Position numbers and translations under genes: made by a program. DNA of 64,000 nt from Octopus sinensis (lineage: Eukaryota). The stretch lies in contig NC_042999.1 of NCBI RefSeq assembly GCF_006345805.1, positions 105,772,001 through 105,836,000 on the forward strand. Reading direction: 5' to 3'. Below, piece after piece: positions 1-13,649 of the stretch; the stretch's first letter is position 1; every line of letters starts with the position of its first letter. The notes under the pieces are model-generated. The model was not told the DNA's origin. It did no database searches and saw only the letters and a list, made by a program, of their open reading frames with translations.

Positions 1-378
1 TAAAATTGAGCATCACTCATACTATGTCTTATTATCTGCAAATTCTGTTTTTCTTGACGAAGGCAACCGTTTAGAAAAAGATATTATAATTTTGATGGAT
101 TGCATTTTCATTCTGAGTATAAAATATATTTTTCAGGTTACAAATATTATTTCTAAGACTGGGAATAGGAATTCAAATGGTTTCTTTTTATTACGTTGCA
201 AATAGGTTATTCGACTTCCGTAGGTTGAGATTTGTTGTAAATGTCTTTGTTTGTGCGCTCATGCTGACAGATAACATATATCTGGTACATCTTCTCTTTC
301 TCAAGTGCAAAGAATGGTTGCATCAGTATGGTTAGCATTATTTTGAGTCTTCTATATGCAGTTTCAGATAAGCAAGTT

Positions 379-585
379 TTAAACGTTTGGTTTGGCTTTT
401 CGCATATTATTTAACAATGTTGATGGTAAACAATGTTTCGTTTCAGGAGATAATATACTCTTCTCAAAATGCCACTTAATAACTGAAACAAAAATATGCA
501 CAAATTTTTGCAAGAATACTGATGGTAGATCACTGAAGACATTGTGACAAAAATCTGACAAACCCAATGTGAGAACATTGTGCAT
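379..585 (-). CDS. Candidate terminal coding exon of an unidentified minus-strand gene (weak)
   Basis: Acceptor-like ttttcattatag directly precedes an open 68-codon frame (MHNVLTLGLSDF...RKAKPNV*) in non-repetitive sequence. No recognisable homology. Confidence 0.2.
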   Translation of the reverse strand: MHNVLTLGLSDFCHNVFSDLPSVFLQKFVHIFVSVIKWHFEKSILSPETKHCLPSTLLNNMRKAKPNV

Positions 586-1900
586 CTATAATGAAAAATG
601 CGTACATATACTAAGCTGTTGTGTATCACTTCATACAATATGTATTTATTCCAGTTTTCCTAGGTTTGCATATTCAGAAAAATGCCCGTAAGCAGCTATG
701 CAATAAAATGTGTTAATTAGTGTTGGCAATTTGCTTTTATTAACTAACTTAAATCCCGATATTTCTATCGCAGAAGTAAAGGTCAGTTTTGTGAGAAATA
801 AAAGTGATTATGGAACAGATAGGTCCGCTAGTTGAAATGGTGTTTTATTGTTTAACACATTTAAATATTGAATATACACGCACCTAAGAAGAATATGAAT
901 ACTTGGACATTAGCTATTAATTTTCAGTAGAAGGTTGGTTGGCTTTTATGGTTAAATGGGCACTACTCTCACGATTTAGACGTACATAAGATCCAGGAGA
1001 AATACATAGTGCGGAATCAGGGTGCTTTTTTTCATAACATATTTCGGAACAGACTGTGAAGGTAGTTTGAGATGAATCTCAATATGCCTCTCCACCTACG
1101 TTCATACACATAGTGCGCTAATTTGATGATGTAATATTGGTAAGTGGTAGGTGCAATGGTAACAGAAATTTCTGTATTATTTTTTGGCACAAATTTCGTG
1201 AATGTTAGAATCTGATGCTTTCAAATCACTTTAATTTGAACCTTTCATCAGATACAAATCTGGTGGCAATTTGTTTTTTCCAATATTCACAGATTAGAAT
1301 GAAAAATATTTAAAAACTGAATTGTTTGTGAAAAGCCGCTTACAGTTAACAGTGCATTGCTAGCGCCAGATGATCCCATAATACAGATATGAATCAACAC
1401 ACAGTCTTGCATCACCATTTGACTTTTATTACAAAAATAAAAGTACTGTATCAAAGTGTCTCAGGATATGCACATTTTAAACTGACAGGAACAAATGTCA
1501 GCGAACTTCAGATGACAGGAATTAGTTTTGGTTCCTGGAAATGATTTGTTCATTAATGTATGTAACTGACGCTGAAGTATCATCCGCTAATGCTGTAGTT
1601 ATTGTAGCTATCCGAAATTTTCTGCGAAGAGTGTGCAGTAGCCCACATATTCTCGCTTACATCATAATTAAATTTTACAATGCTGTCAACCTTGCATCTA
1701 CTCTATTTTACTTTACATTGGGTTCAGTCAAACGATAGAAAGTTCTATCTTTTCCTCTTGTCTTTTTAAGCCAAAATTCTAAGACTAAAGTTGCATAGGT
1801 GCTTGTTCTCTCTTTGCTAAGTTAACGAAAATCCAGTTATATCTAGTCGCCCTTGATACCGGCATGCCTAAATAAAAATAGTAGTCTATTCTGAGCTTAC

Positions 1901-1950
1901 CAATGGCTGGTATAGTATGTGCTCATCTAGTAAAAGATTCAGAAATAGCA
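1901..1950 (-). CDS. Candidate internal exon, 50 nt, phase 1 to 0 (weak)
   Basis: tttgcag acceptor and TTG|gtaagc donor; only one open frame, (V)LFLNLLLDEHILYQPL. Confidence 0.2.
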
Positions 1951-3179
1951 CTGCAAATATATTTGAGAAAAGATGTAGCGAGATGAAAGTTTGTGTTGAA
2001 CTATTTCCAAGGTCCAGTCAACGTTGCCATAAACGGCATAAGCTCACATGATTGTGCCTCGGCAAATCAGGCTGAATGTTATCGAGAAATCTCTCAGTCA
2101 AACAGATTATACAATGTTCTGTGCCAGTAAAATAAAGCTATTAGATTCTATTGGATGTTATGTCATTTTCCATATATGATGCCATCTAAAATTGTTCTAT
2201 GATCAAATATAAATAATGACCGAAGACACTACACAGAGTTAGGTAATAAATCTCACAAAAAGGTGGTCGTAATTTTTAAAATCAATCTTTCCGCACTAAT
2301 TAAATATTGAATTTATGTTGAATTTTATATCAGCATGACGAAGAGACTAAATGATCTGCTATTCCTCAATTTTCAAATACTGTTATTCATTCAACTGCTG
2401 TAAAAATTATATAATGTGACTCTGCTCAAATATGCAGGATGGCAAATTATTTTCGATGATTGTAATACTGTGATTGTAATACTGTTGCAAGTACCGCATA
2501 TATGTTTAATTATCGTCGATTATTCGTTAGTTACTCTATACCGACATTACCAATGGTGACACAGACAGAAACAGCTCAGCTAGAAAAATACCTATTCAAG
2601 AAAAGGTCCGTCGAAACTAAAACACGAATGAAACGCTAAACAACACCAACACTCGATATCTCAAATTAGATACCAATTTCACTTTTGCAGCGAATTTCAA
2701 CCCAAAAGCCAAGCGTGTTTATATGGGCTACACATGCTAACTACTGCATAATGAATCCATTCCTGTACGAGATGCCTTTCTATACATATAAACACGTTAA
2801 AGAAAGGTTTGGCTGCTATTTTGCACGACTCCACCATATCCCAGTATGTTTGAATGAAGTAATTCGTCTACATGGATCTTTTTCTTGTTTTCATAATGCA
2901 TATAACGGTAAATACTGCTAAGCTAAGATTTTTTTTTTTATCGCTGACGTTATAAACAAAACTAGTGTCTTGTTTAGGTCCAAATCCTCTGTTTCTTCTA
3001 GTTAACTAGGTATAGCATGGCGAAAACCGGTGTACAAGAATCCTTGTGCCAAGAAACAGAATGTATTGTCGGCACACCATGTAAACGGCATGGTCTAGTC
3101 AACTGTGACGTACCAAAAACCTATTACCACATTTCCATTCAAGTCTCAGTGAAAGCTTTAAGAAGGAATATGCAAAAAT

Positions 3180-3216
<37 letters not shown>

Positions 3217-3604
3217 CAACAATTGCAACGAGAGAAAATATGGAAAATGGTACAATTTGAAAACATGTTTCCTTTTATTATACGATATAACGCGGCATAT
3301 TCTTATGATTACGACGACCTACACCTACTTCCACTGCATGGTAGTATGGTAGTTGCATAAGCAACCGGGTATAATTGTCTGCGCGTCTTCGGTCAGGATC
3401 TTTCATCCGGCTTGGTTCGAAGCGAACAGTTCATATATATATATATCAATATATATATATCAAGATATATATATATATATAATATATATATATATATTAT
3501 ATATATATATATATATATAAGCACCAACAGACATGGCACCAGGTATGTTTAGTTATGTAAGATATGTTATCTAATTATAGCGGTTACAGTGTTTAGCATA
3601 GGGT

Positions 3605-3770
3605 AGCAATTTCGGGTAAGTGCGTAACTCAATTTCATCGACAATTTCATCGACTCTGGTGTTCAACTGGAACTTATTTTATCGACCCCGAAAGAATGAA
3701 CCGTGAAGTTGACTCCGACGGCATTTGAACTCATAATGTAAAGTTTGTAGAAAAGTGGCTAAGCATATTT
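3605..3770 (-). mobile_element. Degenerate Octopus-type SINE
   Basis: Core ttattttatcgaccccgaaagaatgaa...gttgactccgacggcatttgaactc is the reverse complement of the SINE body at 39731-40133. Confidence 0.75.
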
Positions 3771-4599
3771 TCATAACTTTCTCTTCTTAGTAATGATTAA
3801 TTTTTGCTGATGTTAATATTTTTAGTTGCAGTATGGTATCATTTGTTATATATTATTGTGTAGAACGTTGAAATCGCTGACTAGGAGCTTCTGGATTTCT
3901 GCTAAAAGATTATAGTCGAGCTTAAATCATTGGTTGGTCGGGTCAGGGGGAAATTGTTTTCCTAGCAGAATGTGGGTCAACGTAATTTATTTGCAGAATA
4001 TATTCGGTACGTTTCGTTTTTGTTAATTATCTTATGTCAACATCTCTTTTATCAATTTTCACAGCCAATAACATTCAACCCCAATATCAAAATTAATGAC
4101 GTAGAGAAAGTAAAGTAAGAATACTTTCTTGCCATGATTATTTGCAGTACAAGTACTATCAGTAAAGTACCCTGACTAATGGTATTGAAATAAGTCATTA
4201 TTGAAGTTCTTTTAATCCTCAGATTTTTTTTTCTTTCTGAAGCATTTTATTGTGCACTGATAGGTTTTGTCTATATATTCCACTTTAGAAGAGGAAGCAA
4301 AATCACTTGAATCGCTGGATTAAAATTACGGTCTTTAGCCGATAGCTAAACTCTTAGTAGAAATAGGAAATATTCTCCGTGAGATGTGTCAGAAGGCTGA
4401 TTGCTGCAGAGATGTAGATTAATTATAAATATATATTAATATATTAAATATGTAAGAATACTTTACGTTATTCAGTATAGTAGCTGATATATTTGGGCAT
4501 TAAGAATTACTTCGTTGGCATTGCTCTCACAATAATAACAACAGCAACAACAAAACCGATTATATATTTTTTAAAATGCTTTCTACAATAGGCATTAGG

Positions 4600-4745
4600 C
4601 TTCATATTTTGAGGGAATGTGGCTAGTCAATTACATTGACCCAAGTGGTCAACTGGTATACTTATTTTACGGAACCATCTGCGGCATTTGAATTCAGACT
4701 ATAAAACCAGAAGAAATATCGCTGGGTATTTTGTGACGTGTGCTC
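4600..4745 (-). mobile_element. Degenerate SINE fragment, same family
   Basis: attacattgacccaagtggtcaactggtatacttatttt...ggcatttgaattcaga matches the reverse complement of the 39.7 kb SINE with deletions. Confidence 0.6.
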
Positions 4746-4777
4746 ATTATTCTACTAGTTCGCACCCTAGAAACAAG

Positions 4778-4819
4778 AACAACAACAACAACAGCATGCA
4801 TCATCATCATCATCATCAG

Positions 4820-4879
<60 letters not shown>
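4778..4879. repeat. Compound microsatellite (AAC)n(CAT)n(ATT)n
   Basis: Seen directly; explains the poly-Y/N/H ORFs. Confidence 0.95.
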
Positions 4880-4888
4880 TAATATTTT

Positions 4889-5462
4889 TGAGTGATAGAG
4901 CAGTGCATGCCTTCAAAGTGACAGCTTTAAAATATACGAAGCCCTGTATATCCATCATGACTACCCGTCTGATATGGGTAAACCAGGCACATGCATCACA
5001 ACTATAGTGATCTCATATCAAGATAAACAGCACATTATCTTTCCGGTGGAGCCCAGATAGAATTTTCTTCAGGTCGAGTAGCCCATCCTACTCAACAATT
5101 CCTGAATAGAGGGTTGTTTAAGGATGATGAACAATAACCCATGTTTCCAGAGGTGAATTATCCAAACCCCCCAAAATCCTCTCAACACATGTCTATGATG
5201 TTCTCCCACTACTTCTGCTCGTGATCAGCAATACACATATCATTAGTCACTTAGGGAGGTCCTCAACTGGTTAAGGTCAAGCAACTAAAAAGCAAATCCG
5301 TTGTACTGAGCAGAATATTCGCTGTAGCCTATGTTTTATACCAAGACAAAATAATGTACACGGTAACACTTCCAATCAATTAAGATCAGAAGCCTGGTAC
5401 TGCATCAGGGCATAGCCACTGCCTGATACTGCATCAAGGCATTAACGTACTGTATCAGGGAA
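4889..5462. mobile_element. Unclassified ~570-bp interspersed repeat
   Basis: The first ~110 bp recur at 59361-59473 (gagcagtgcatgc...aaaatatacgaag...catcatgactacccgt...gcacatgcatcaca), both following (TTA)n. It ends in three imperfect copies of gtactgcatcagggcat. Confidence 0.75.
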
Positions 5463-5574
5463 TTTATTATTATTATTATTATTATCATCATCATCGTCAT
5501 CATCATGATCCTTAATATTATTCATAGTCTTATTATTATCATAACCCTTTCTTACACACGCGCGCAATGCGTGA

Positions 5575-5740
5575 AATTTTGGTAAGGGGATAGTCATTAG
5601 ATCAACCCAAGTGCGTAAATGGTACTTATTTTATCAACCAAAAGGTGACCAAATGCAATAATAACCGTGATGTATTTTGATCTTAAGACGTAAGAAGGAC
5701 AAAATACCGCTACGCATCTGGTCCGGCGTGCGAACTTACA
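5575..5740 (-). mobile_element. Degenerate SINE
   Basis: gatcaacccaagtgcgtaaatggtacttattttatcaacc...aaataccgctacgcatctggtccggcgtgc matches the reverse complement of the 39.7 kb SINE. Confidence 0.65.
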
Positions 5741-8700
5741 TAATAGCACACATTTTTTAATGAAGATAAAGAACGGTAGCAACATTGACAAACATGCTAT
5801 GTAAGGATTTATTCTATCCAGTGCATAAATTATTCAACGAACATCATATTTGAAGCAGCAGGAGACAGATATTAGTGACAAATGTTATTATATAAAATAA
5901 GAAATAACAAATGAGAACATATATATCATACGTCCCTGTTTAGGAGGACTGAGTGCTTTTGTGTTTATCGTGACATTGTTAAGCGTTTAATAGAAAATAA
6001 GACACGCAATTATTAATGTACATTCATATAAGATTTCGGTTAGTCCTGAAAGCCACATAGTTCACACATATGGGAAGTGTTAAACATCAAATAGGAAAAC
6101 GATCGATTATATATAAACTGCGAGAGCAGAACTGCATAGATGTATGTTCTCTAGAATATTACTCACACTAGGACAAACACTGCTGCTATAGAATCATGTC
6201 GAATCGATAGAATTCGGGGGAATCAATGGAAATTTATCTCGAAGACTTAAACGAAGGATGCTTTCATTTTATCGAAAGAGAATGGGAATTCACGCCCATC
6301 ATGATAACAAATACCAGTTTAGCTGTATTTGAAAAGGTGGGTATTCTTATTATATCTAACTTATAAAACCGGAGATGGGTTTATTATCCATATCAGAAGT
6401 GGTGTGACCTTCATAACCCCTCATGAGATGTTGATGATTATTTTAAAGAGGATCTAACGGATTGGAACGCTTCCAGTGGACGTCCTTTCACGAATGTCAT
6501 GTATTTTGAAAATACGACTGATTACCATAAAATAGCTGTAATCGATTCAATTTGTTTCCTATTGGTGTCTTGCTGTACGTCATGTCCCAATTAGGCAAGT
6601 TTTCATTTTACAATCGTCTGAAAAAAAGTATCCACACTGCAATCCAAGATATCGGATAAGACGTGTATTTTGTATCATTCAAATACGTAGTAGGAAGGAG
6701 ACTAGACTATCAACCAACAACAGTAAACTAATGTGAAATTTCGTGTGTGACAAACATGTCGGCTTTAAAAACCGATGCTTAACTCCTCCCAGTGGATGCG
6801 TAGCATTTATGATGTGTCACCTAGTTTGTGAAATGCTAGTTTCTTCACTGCATAAATTTTGTGTGTGAATGATCCAAAGTACAAATTCTCAAAGAGTTCG
6901 ATATTGAGGAGAATAACCGAAACGAGAAAATTTTGGATTTTACTATTCTTCACCTTTAATTTTATTTTTCTTTACGTTTTTTATTATTTTGTACTACTTT
7001 TGTTCTTCCTGCACGAAAACAACTATTCTCTAATAACCACAAAGTGCCTGATAAAACATTAACGTATCAATTTTTCACTGAATAAATGTTCGCGATTGCT
7101 TTCCTTTAATTCTTTATTTTTTATTTTTAACGTGCTACTAAAAAGCAACTTTCACGCTAAATTTATACTTTGAATGGCATGCGTTCAAATGGTGGATACA
7201 GCCATGTTAAAGTCAAGACATCGTAAGAACCATACAAGAAGCTCACTGGAACAAAACTAAAACAAGCACTTTCTTAAAAGTGTCTTCCAAGCAGAAAATA
7301 ATGAATATGTCTCTAAGTATAAATGCAATGTTCTAGCTCTTGTAAACATATTTTGTAGCAACTGTACAATCAATTTTGCCTCATATGTAAGCATACCATT
7401 CACCAGGCATAAAGTTCACTACAACTTTCATAAATGAAGTAATGAAGTAACTTGTCAAGTGAAGGATTAATGCACAATATTGATTATTATGGATTAAATA
7501 GCTTTCTACATACATTTCAGTATTTTGATCATAACTAAAGACTCTATTTTAGCAGCAGCCGGTTTGCAAACAAAATTTCTTTCAAGATTTAACATACAAC
7601 ATTACACGCTGTACTGGTGATAGTGTTAACTTGTCCAGATAAATTATTCTATGGAGGCCCAATTTGCTGCAAGTTCTTGATTACTGATCATGGCAAACGA
7701 ATTCCACTTGACGAACATTCAAATTATGTGATATCTATTTATATAATGTTCGTTTGTGGGATACTTTAATATGTAGATATGTTCGATTGTATGTATAGAT
7801 TGACTCTTTCAGTGCATCTGGAATGTTCATGTTTGAAAAAAAGAATTAAAACTAGTATTTCTCAATATTAACATTTAATCTAGTCTGTAATTAATTATCC
7901 TTCGGATAAATATATCTTTCGATTGAAATAGTTGAACAGTTTCGACATAAGGATTAAAAATACCCTCTTTCATCAATTACGAATTCTCCAATCACGCAAT
8001 TAATTGTTTTAATATATCACAAAGTACATTCATGTTACAGACAGTCATATAATTAGGAATGCTAAATCGTTTGCAATATTCCATTCCATAACCTAAAAAT
8101 TCTTAACAGCATGTTATATTTCTTTGAATTTTTTGAATCATAATTTGGGGAAAATAATTTTTGTCTCATCACCAGTCCATGATTTGATTGTCTTAAAATT
8201 GTTTTCTGCACATTTTTTCCGTACAGATCTGTGAAAGAAGAATGCTTATTTTAAATATCCAGACAGCGTCCCGGAGAAAGGCAGCGGAGATGGCAAAGAT
8301 ATTAGAAGACGTAACTTTGGAATTAACATCCTTTTATAATTCATAACTTTTCTCCTGCTGAAGGAGTAATCGATCTCCTGCGAGAAATACTGTACCATCG
8401 GAAAAAAATCTACCGTCCAAACATACAGATGCTTGATAGTTGTTATTCTGCAAGTGTCTCATCTTATACTAAACTTTACTTGCATAAAGAGTAGGTAAAG
8501 TCTAAAAAGATTTCTTGATATAATTTGAAAATGTTGCAAAACAACAGTTTCAACAGTATCAAAATTAAGCTGCATCACTTAGGAACCACCAGACTGAGGG
8601 TATGCAGCAAAAAGTCAAACGAGCACTTTCCCAGTAGACGTTGACGTATGCATGGAGATGATCTTGGGGATGTGGTTACTAGGATACTCTAAAGTGAGGT

Positions 8701-9495
8701 TTGAGAATCGTAACATGCAACCTAAATTGCTTTATATCTTTGACTATGAGACTACATTTGCACTTACACATGTCTCGCAATTGATACTGGCATCATTCAC
8801 TGAATTGTGTAAAAAATGAAATCCTCTCAGTTCATCAGAACGACTGAACTTGTATTGACAACCGAATCTACTTACTGCTCTATTTATCAATCAACTGTAA
8901 ATCATTTCATTCTGTTCCTCTTAGTCTTGTCAACTGTTAATGACAGCAATTAAGGACATGTTTCAACCACTATCTCTTCGCTTGGATTTCCTCTTATTTC
9001 TCTTTCTGTAAGCATTTCTGTCTCTTTGTCCATCTCACATATTGTCTATATATCACTGTTTAGCTATTTTACATTGTTTCGAGAGTATATTAAAAGCATT
9101 TGCAAACAGGTTACAAGTCATCACCACTATTAATCAGTAATATACCTAACCAAATAGTATCTAATTTTAGTTACAAAAAACGTAAATCTATTGAGAAGAG
9201 CGTAGCTATTTCCAGTTCTAAAGTAACATAGAGAACGCCTCTAATCATATTAGTCTCTTGGATATTTGCTCTGCTATAAAACATAGACGTAAACTATAAT
9301 GCGGCTAGCCAATTAAACTTTCGTTAGAATGTTAAATACTATACTGAATTGCTTGCTTTATTCTTTTGCTTTCCTTTGGGACGAAAACCTTATTGGCTTC
9401 AGTAACTCAGTAGTCCGTTCTACACTATCTCGTGATACAAGGATGGCAACTTCTTTTTTCTAGCAATGTAAATAGTAACTGTCCATGTCTGAAAT

Positions 9496-9607
9496 GAAAG
9501 GATGAAAAGAAAAGTCGACCTCGGCAGAATTTAAACCCAGAACGTAAAGGCGAAATGCCACTAAGTTGTTTTCCCGACGTGCTATCGATTCTAGCAGCTC
9601 GCTGCCT
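9496..9607 (-). mobile_element. SINE 5' half
   Basis: gaaaggatgaaaagaaaagtcgacctcggcagaatttaaacccagaacgt...cgattctagcagctcgctgcc is the reverse complement of the head at 39731-39845. Confidence 0.8.
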
Positions 9608-10029
9608 TAACAATAACAATATATTAATGTTAATATGAAAAAGCAATAACAATAACTATTTATCGTTTTGTTGCAATGCAAATGATATACAGTGATGTTA
9701 CAATACATCTGGTGATAAACTTAGTATTATAAAAATGAAAGTATAAATAAGACATTTAATAATAAGGACACCGTTTGCAAGAACGATCGAGCGTAAATTA
9801 GATAGCTGGCTACGTTACAATTTGATAGCAATATTTGTGTAATTTAGCCCCGATATCATATAGTGCATTTATGTAATTAATTTACATCATTCTGAAATTA
9901 TCTCATGATAGATTACGAGACAACATTATAATAGCTCCGCTGTTTTAAAGTGTATATTGTCATCGCATTATATTTGTGATTGTATTAATATTCTCAACTC
10001 CGCATTTTATTTCACAACAGTTTTATTAC

Positions 10030-10070
10030 CTGCGACGGAAGGACACAGAAATGCAGAAATGCCTAGCATT
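10030..10070 (-). CDS. Candidate internal exon, 41 nt, phase 2 to 1 (weak)
   Basis: ttcaccaacag acceptor and CAG|gtaata donor; frame MLGISAFLCPSVA. Confidence 0.17.
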
Positions 10071-10829
10071 CTGTTGGTGAACAAATTTGAGATAAAAGCT
10101 GCTCGTGTGTAAACAGTTATATATTTATTTTGACAAACTTTAAGGTTGTGAACAATGGAGGATATACATTTACAGCACTAATCATATACTTACTCGCAGC
10201 TCATGCAATGCATACTGTGCTTCTACATCATTAATTAACTTCATTAGCACTTTTCAGGTGGAAATGATATTCGTATTCATATCAAGATAATAACACTCAA
10301 CAGTCATTGGCAGCCATGAGTTACCCATGATTGCTGAACATATATAGAGGCATATAATAAACCTGCATCCTTACTATCATATCTATCTTTTATCTGATTA
10401 TTTGTTTTCGTCTCGAATGTCTTGCTAGCAATTAAAATAATAATAACAAAATAGTCATAGCTTCCAACATCCCTCCTTTTGTTCTACTTCGTTAATGTGA
10501 AGCATAATAAGTAACAAATTCAGTAGATGAGTCACGATAAATTGTATACCTCACATTCTCGAATACTATAAAGATTGTCTTCTCATTCACCTCTTCTCTC
10601 CGTTGTTTTCCTCCTCGATTCTGCGCCCTAAACGATTTTTGCCAATATGTTTTTATCCTTCCTGTTTTTCTACGATATCATTAGTATGAATTACAAAAAA
10701 TCCTTTGGTTAAGATAAGCGATAATGATTAGTAAAAACTCATAGCTGTCTCTTTCTCTGTTGCCCTTCACAAAATCGGAAATATTTATTTGATTCTTTTT
10801 CTGTTTTTCCATTTTCCAAACTTAATCCT

Positions 10830-11880
10830 GCAAATGGAAGTGACCGTTAGGACAATGAAAGATGTGGAACGTGGTAACACAAAAGACGAAATTCTAGTAG
10901 AAGTACCAGAAAGATCAATGAAGGATCACATGGCAACAGTAGTGAGGATGAAAATATCGCTACGGAAGGGAGAACTACATATCAGAAGAGCAAATTTATC
11001 TAGTTCAACGTTGAAATGTGAGAAGAACTAAGGTTGTAAAGAATTAACAGCTTGTAGAGGGTGGAAAGAGTATGAAACGCAGTAAAAATGTAGGTTAATT
11101 ATCACTGAAAATCCCAATGGTGAATATAAAGGATATAAATAATCCAATATACAGTGCAACTGATGTTGATGTCAAAATTGTTAGAGATAGGTGTGAAGAA
11201 GGAAATGGGACAAAGACACTGCTGAAAAAACAGATTGAGAGGCAAATTGGATTTAATAGAAGTTATAGAAAGTTAATTGCTATAGTTGAAAAATGTACTG
11301 TGAAGCAACATTGAACCCAAAGCAAACAATACCATTACATATAGTGGGATGAAGGCTGGTAATGAAAATGCATGATAAAAATACGTAAGGGCTAATTCGA
11401 GTGAATTCGTAAAGAGAGAATCAATGACTGTCAGCAGAACAAGTTTATGCCACAATGTAAGTAAAAGGTGAAAGACGAGCAAGAAATAAAAGGAATGATA
11501 CATCAAATGCTGAAGCAGCAAAAAAAAAAAACACTTTTGGTTACACGCCTAATACAAAAATGAAGCAGGCTAGCATTGGACGATTAAATGGGAAAAGATA
11601 ATTAGATCAAGGGAAGACAATATAAATATTTCAGAAGAGGGTTTAAAAGCTGAAAAATGTGCCGAACTGAATATCTCCTGAATCCGATAGTGTGCAGTTA
11701 TCGGAATTGTAAGATTTTATGAGCATGCACATATATAAAACCAACCTTTACTATTGGTACAGAAGACGGAAAATGAAATTAACAACATGAATGGTAGTAT
11801 TAATACAGAAGGATGAAAGAAAAAGAAGTCAGTAATTTTACTCCTCTTACATGGCTGTCATTGCTCGGAACTCTCCAAAC
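10830..11880 (+). pseudogene. Highly degenerate R4/Dong-clade LINE, pre-RT region into RT start
   Basis: Purine-rich plus strand with scattered motifs in the expected order: KKQIERQIG, CQQNKF, DTSNAEAAK..FW, a decayed K-S-P-x-x-D-x-V-Q segment and SNF-PLTWL (cf. NYRPITCL in the 52 kb copy). Confidence 0.55.
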
Positions 11881-12357
11881 TAGTTTAGTAGCAAGTGACA
11901 TGAATATATTTCGGGAGAAAAAGAATGTATATCAGAAAATACAGAAAGGCATCAAAAGTACTGCTGGTGTATAGTATAATGAAAACATGATTCTGATTGG
12001 GGCACGAATATAAATGCACTAAGCTTTGATTGCCTAGAATATAAAAAAAGCACACGATTGCTTTTCCAAATAACTCCCGGCATTCGAAGTCGGTAGGCAC
12101 TTGGGAAGCATTCGTAGATTATGAAGTTTTGTAGGGAAACAAATGGGATCGAGGAAATTACAAAAGAAGTGCAGGAGAGAATTCTTATCAAATGGGAAAA
12201 TACAGATGTGAACATTTCAGATAAACCCGGTTTGCCAGTAATTTTCGGTTTTGTTTTGACCGTTTTCACATATATGGTGAGAAAATATGAGATCCTCACT
12301 AAGCCGGGCGAGACTATAATATCTGCTATATACGGTTGATAATTATAATAATAATGG

Positions 12358-12800
12358 GAGGGCAAAAATTCTCTGGGACTTTGACTTCCAGACAGACATG
12401 TTCTTGGTGCACCGAAGGCCGGGTATAGTAAGCTTTAGGAGGAACAAACAAGAGTGCATAATAATTGACGTAGCAGTGCCAGAAGGTCAACATATCATGA
12501 AAGAAAGAGAAAAGGTTGAGACCTGAGAATTGAGATTGCTACGATGTGGTAGCTACGAGAGTCAACGATAAAGGTTATTGGAGCATTGGGTTCAATACCA
12601 ATGCTAGGTGTATTGCAAAAGTCGGCATTACTTGGAACGGCATGAATATTGCGTAAAGTACTATCTGTCTGAGGTCACTGTTGTGACTTGACCAACAGTA
12701 CAGACCCCCGGTAGACACAATATCTTCTATCAACAACCCCAAAATATTGTATACTGAGCGACGTCTATAATAACAATAATAATAATAATAATAATAAGGA
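12358..12800 (+). mobile_element. R4/Dong-clade LINE 3' fragment (restriction-like endonuclease domain)
   Basis: KILWDFDFQTD..HRRP..ECIIIDVAVP..VIGALGSIP..LQKSALLGTA.ILRKVLSV*, then a 3' UTR and (AAT)n tail. Confidence 0.85.
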
Positions 12801-12809
12801 TAACAGCCA

Positions 12810-13640
12810 CTTCAACATTCACCGAAATCAGGTTGTTCCCACACATTGGGTGTACACGAGGTACACACATGAATAGGAGACAGGTGGGGACACAATGAAC
12901 GGTACGGACCCTGGAAAATGTGGAACGCGTCAGACAAGCTTTGATACCGAATCCGAATCGCTCTGCTTGGAGGCATTCCATTGAATGTGGCATCGGTAAT
13001 CAATCGGTAAGGCTTATTTTGCATGAAGACCTGCATTTTCACTCGTTCGAATTGTTCATTAGCCAACATTTGAAACCATGTCAGATGTAACTTTTAGGCA
13101 AAGGACAACCTCATTTAGTTAATGAGTGATGGAGCTCGTTTTCATCTCAATGGTATAGTGAATGAACAGAAATGTCATTATTGAGCTTTTGAAAATCCAA
13201 GAGAACTGCACGAAAGACCAATGCACAGCCCAAAAGTGACAGTTTGGTGTGCTGTTGGAAGACTGCCGTCATTCGACCTTATTTTTTAAAGACAGTACAG
13301 GAGCTGCAGATACAGTGAACTCCGAACGTTACATCGAAATGATAATCAACTTCTTTGTGCCTGAATTAAGACGAAACGTTATGCCTATTCAACGTGTGCG
13401 GTTTCAACAGGATGGGGCGACGGCCCATACAGCCAGAGCTTCAATGGACGTTCTTCGCCCTCTCTTCGGTGACTGCCTCATTACTAGGTTTGCTGACATA
13501 CCTTGGTCCTCTCTGTCTCCTGATTTGTCCATGTGCGATTATATATTGTGAGGAAAGCGCAAGGGACTTGTGTGGAGTAACTGAGAACGAGTGCGCACTG
13601 ATTAAAAAATACATGCCTATTTGGAAACACATCTTTTCTG
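12810..13640 (+). pseudogene. Tc1/mariner transposase relic, DD41D (rosa-like)
   Basis: VRTLENVERVRQAL, MSDGARFHLNG, HSPKVTVWCAV, FQQDGATAH, SPDLSMCDY; 41 residues between the second and third catalytic D; stops and frameshifts. Confidence 0.85.
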
Positions 13641-13649
13641 TAACAAACA

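Noticed and set aside
1211-1252. Hairpin containing CTGATG/CATCAG, checked as a hammerhead
   Set aside because: Stem II cannot close between CUGAUGA and GAAA; it is just a short inverted repeat.
1541-1738. Plus-strand ORF ending NAVNLASTLFYFTLGSVKR, faintly like GPCR TM7
   Set aside because: No NPxxY motif, an upstream stop and no supporting splice sites.
8226-8346. Acceptor-like sites on both strands around 8226 with short open frames
   Set aside because: No convincing donor in frame and no recognisable peptide.
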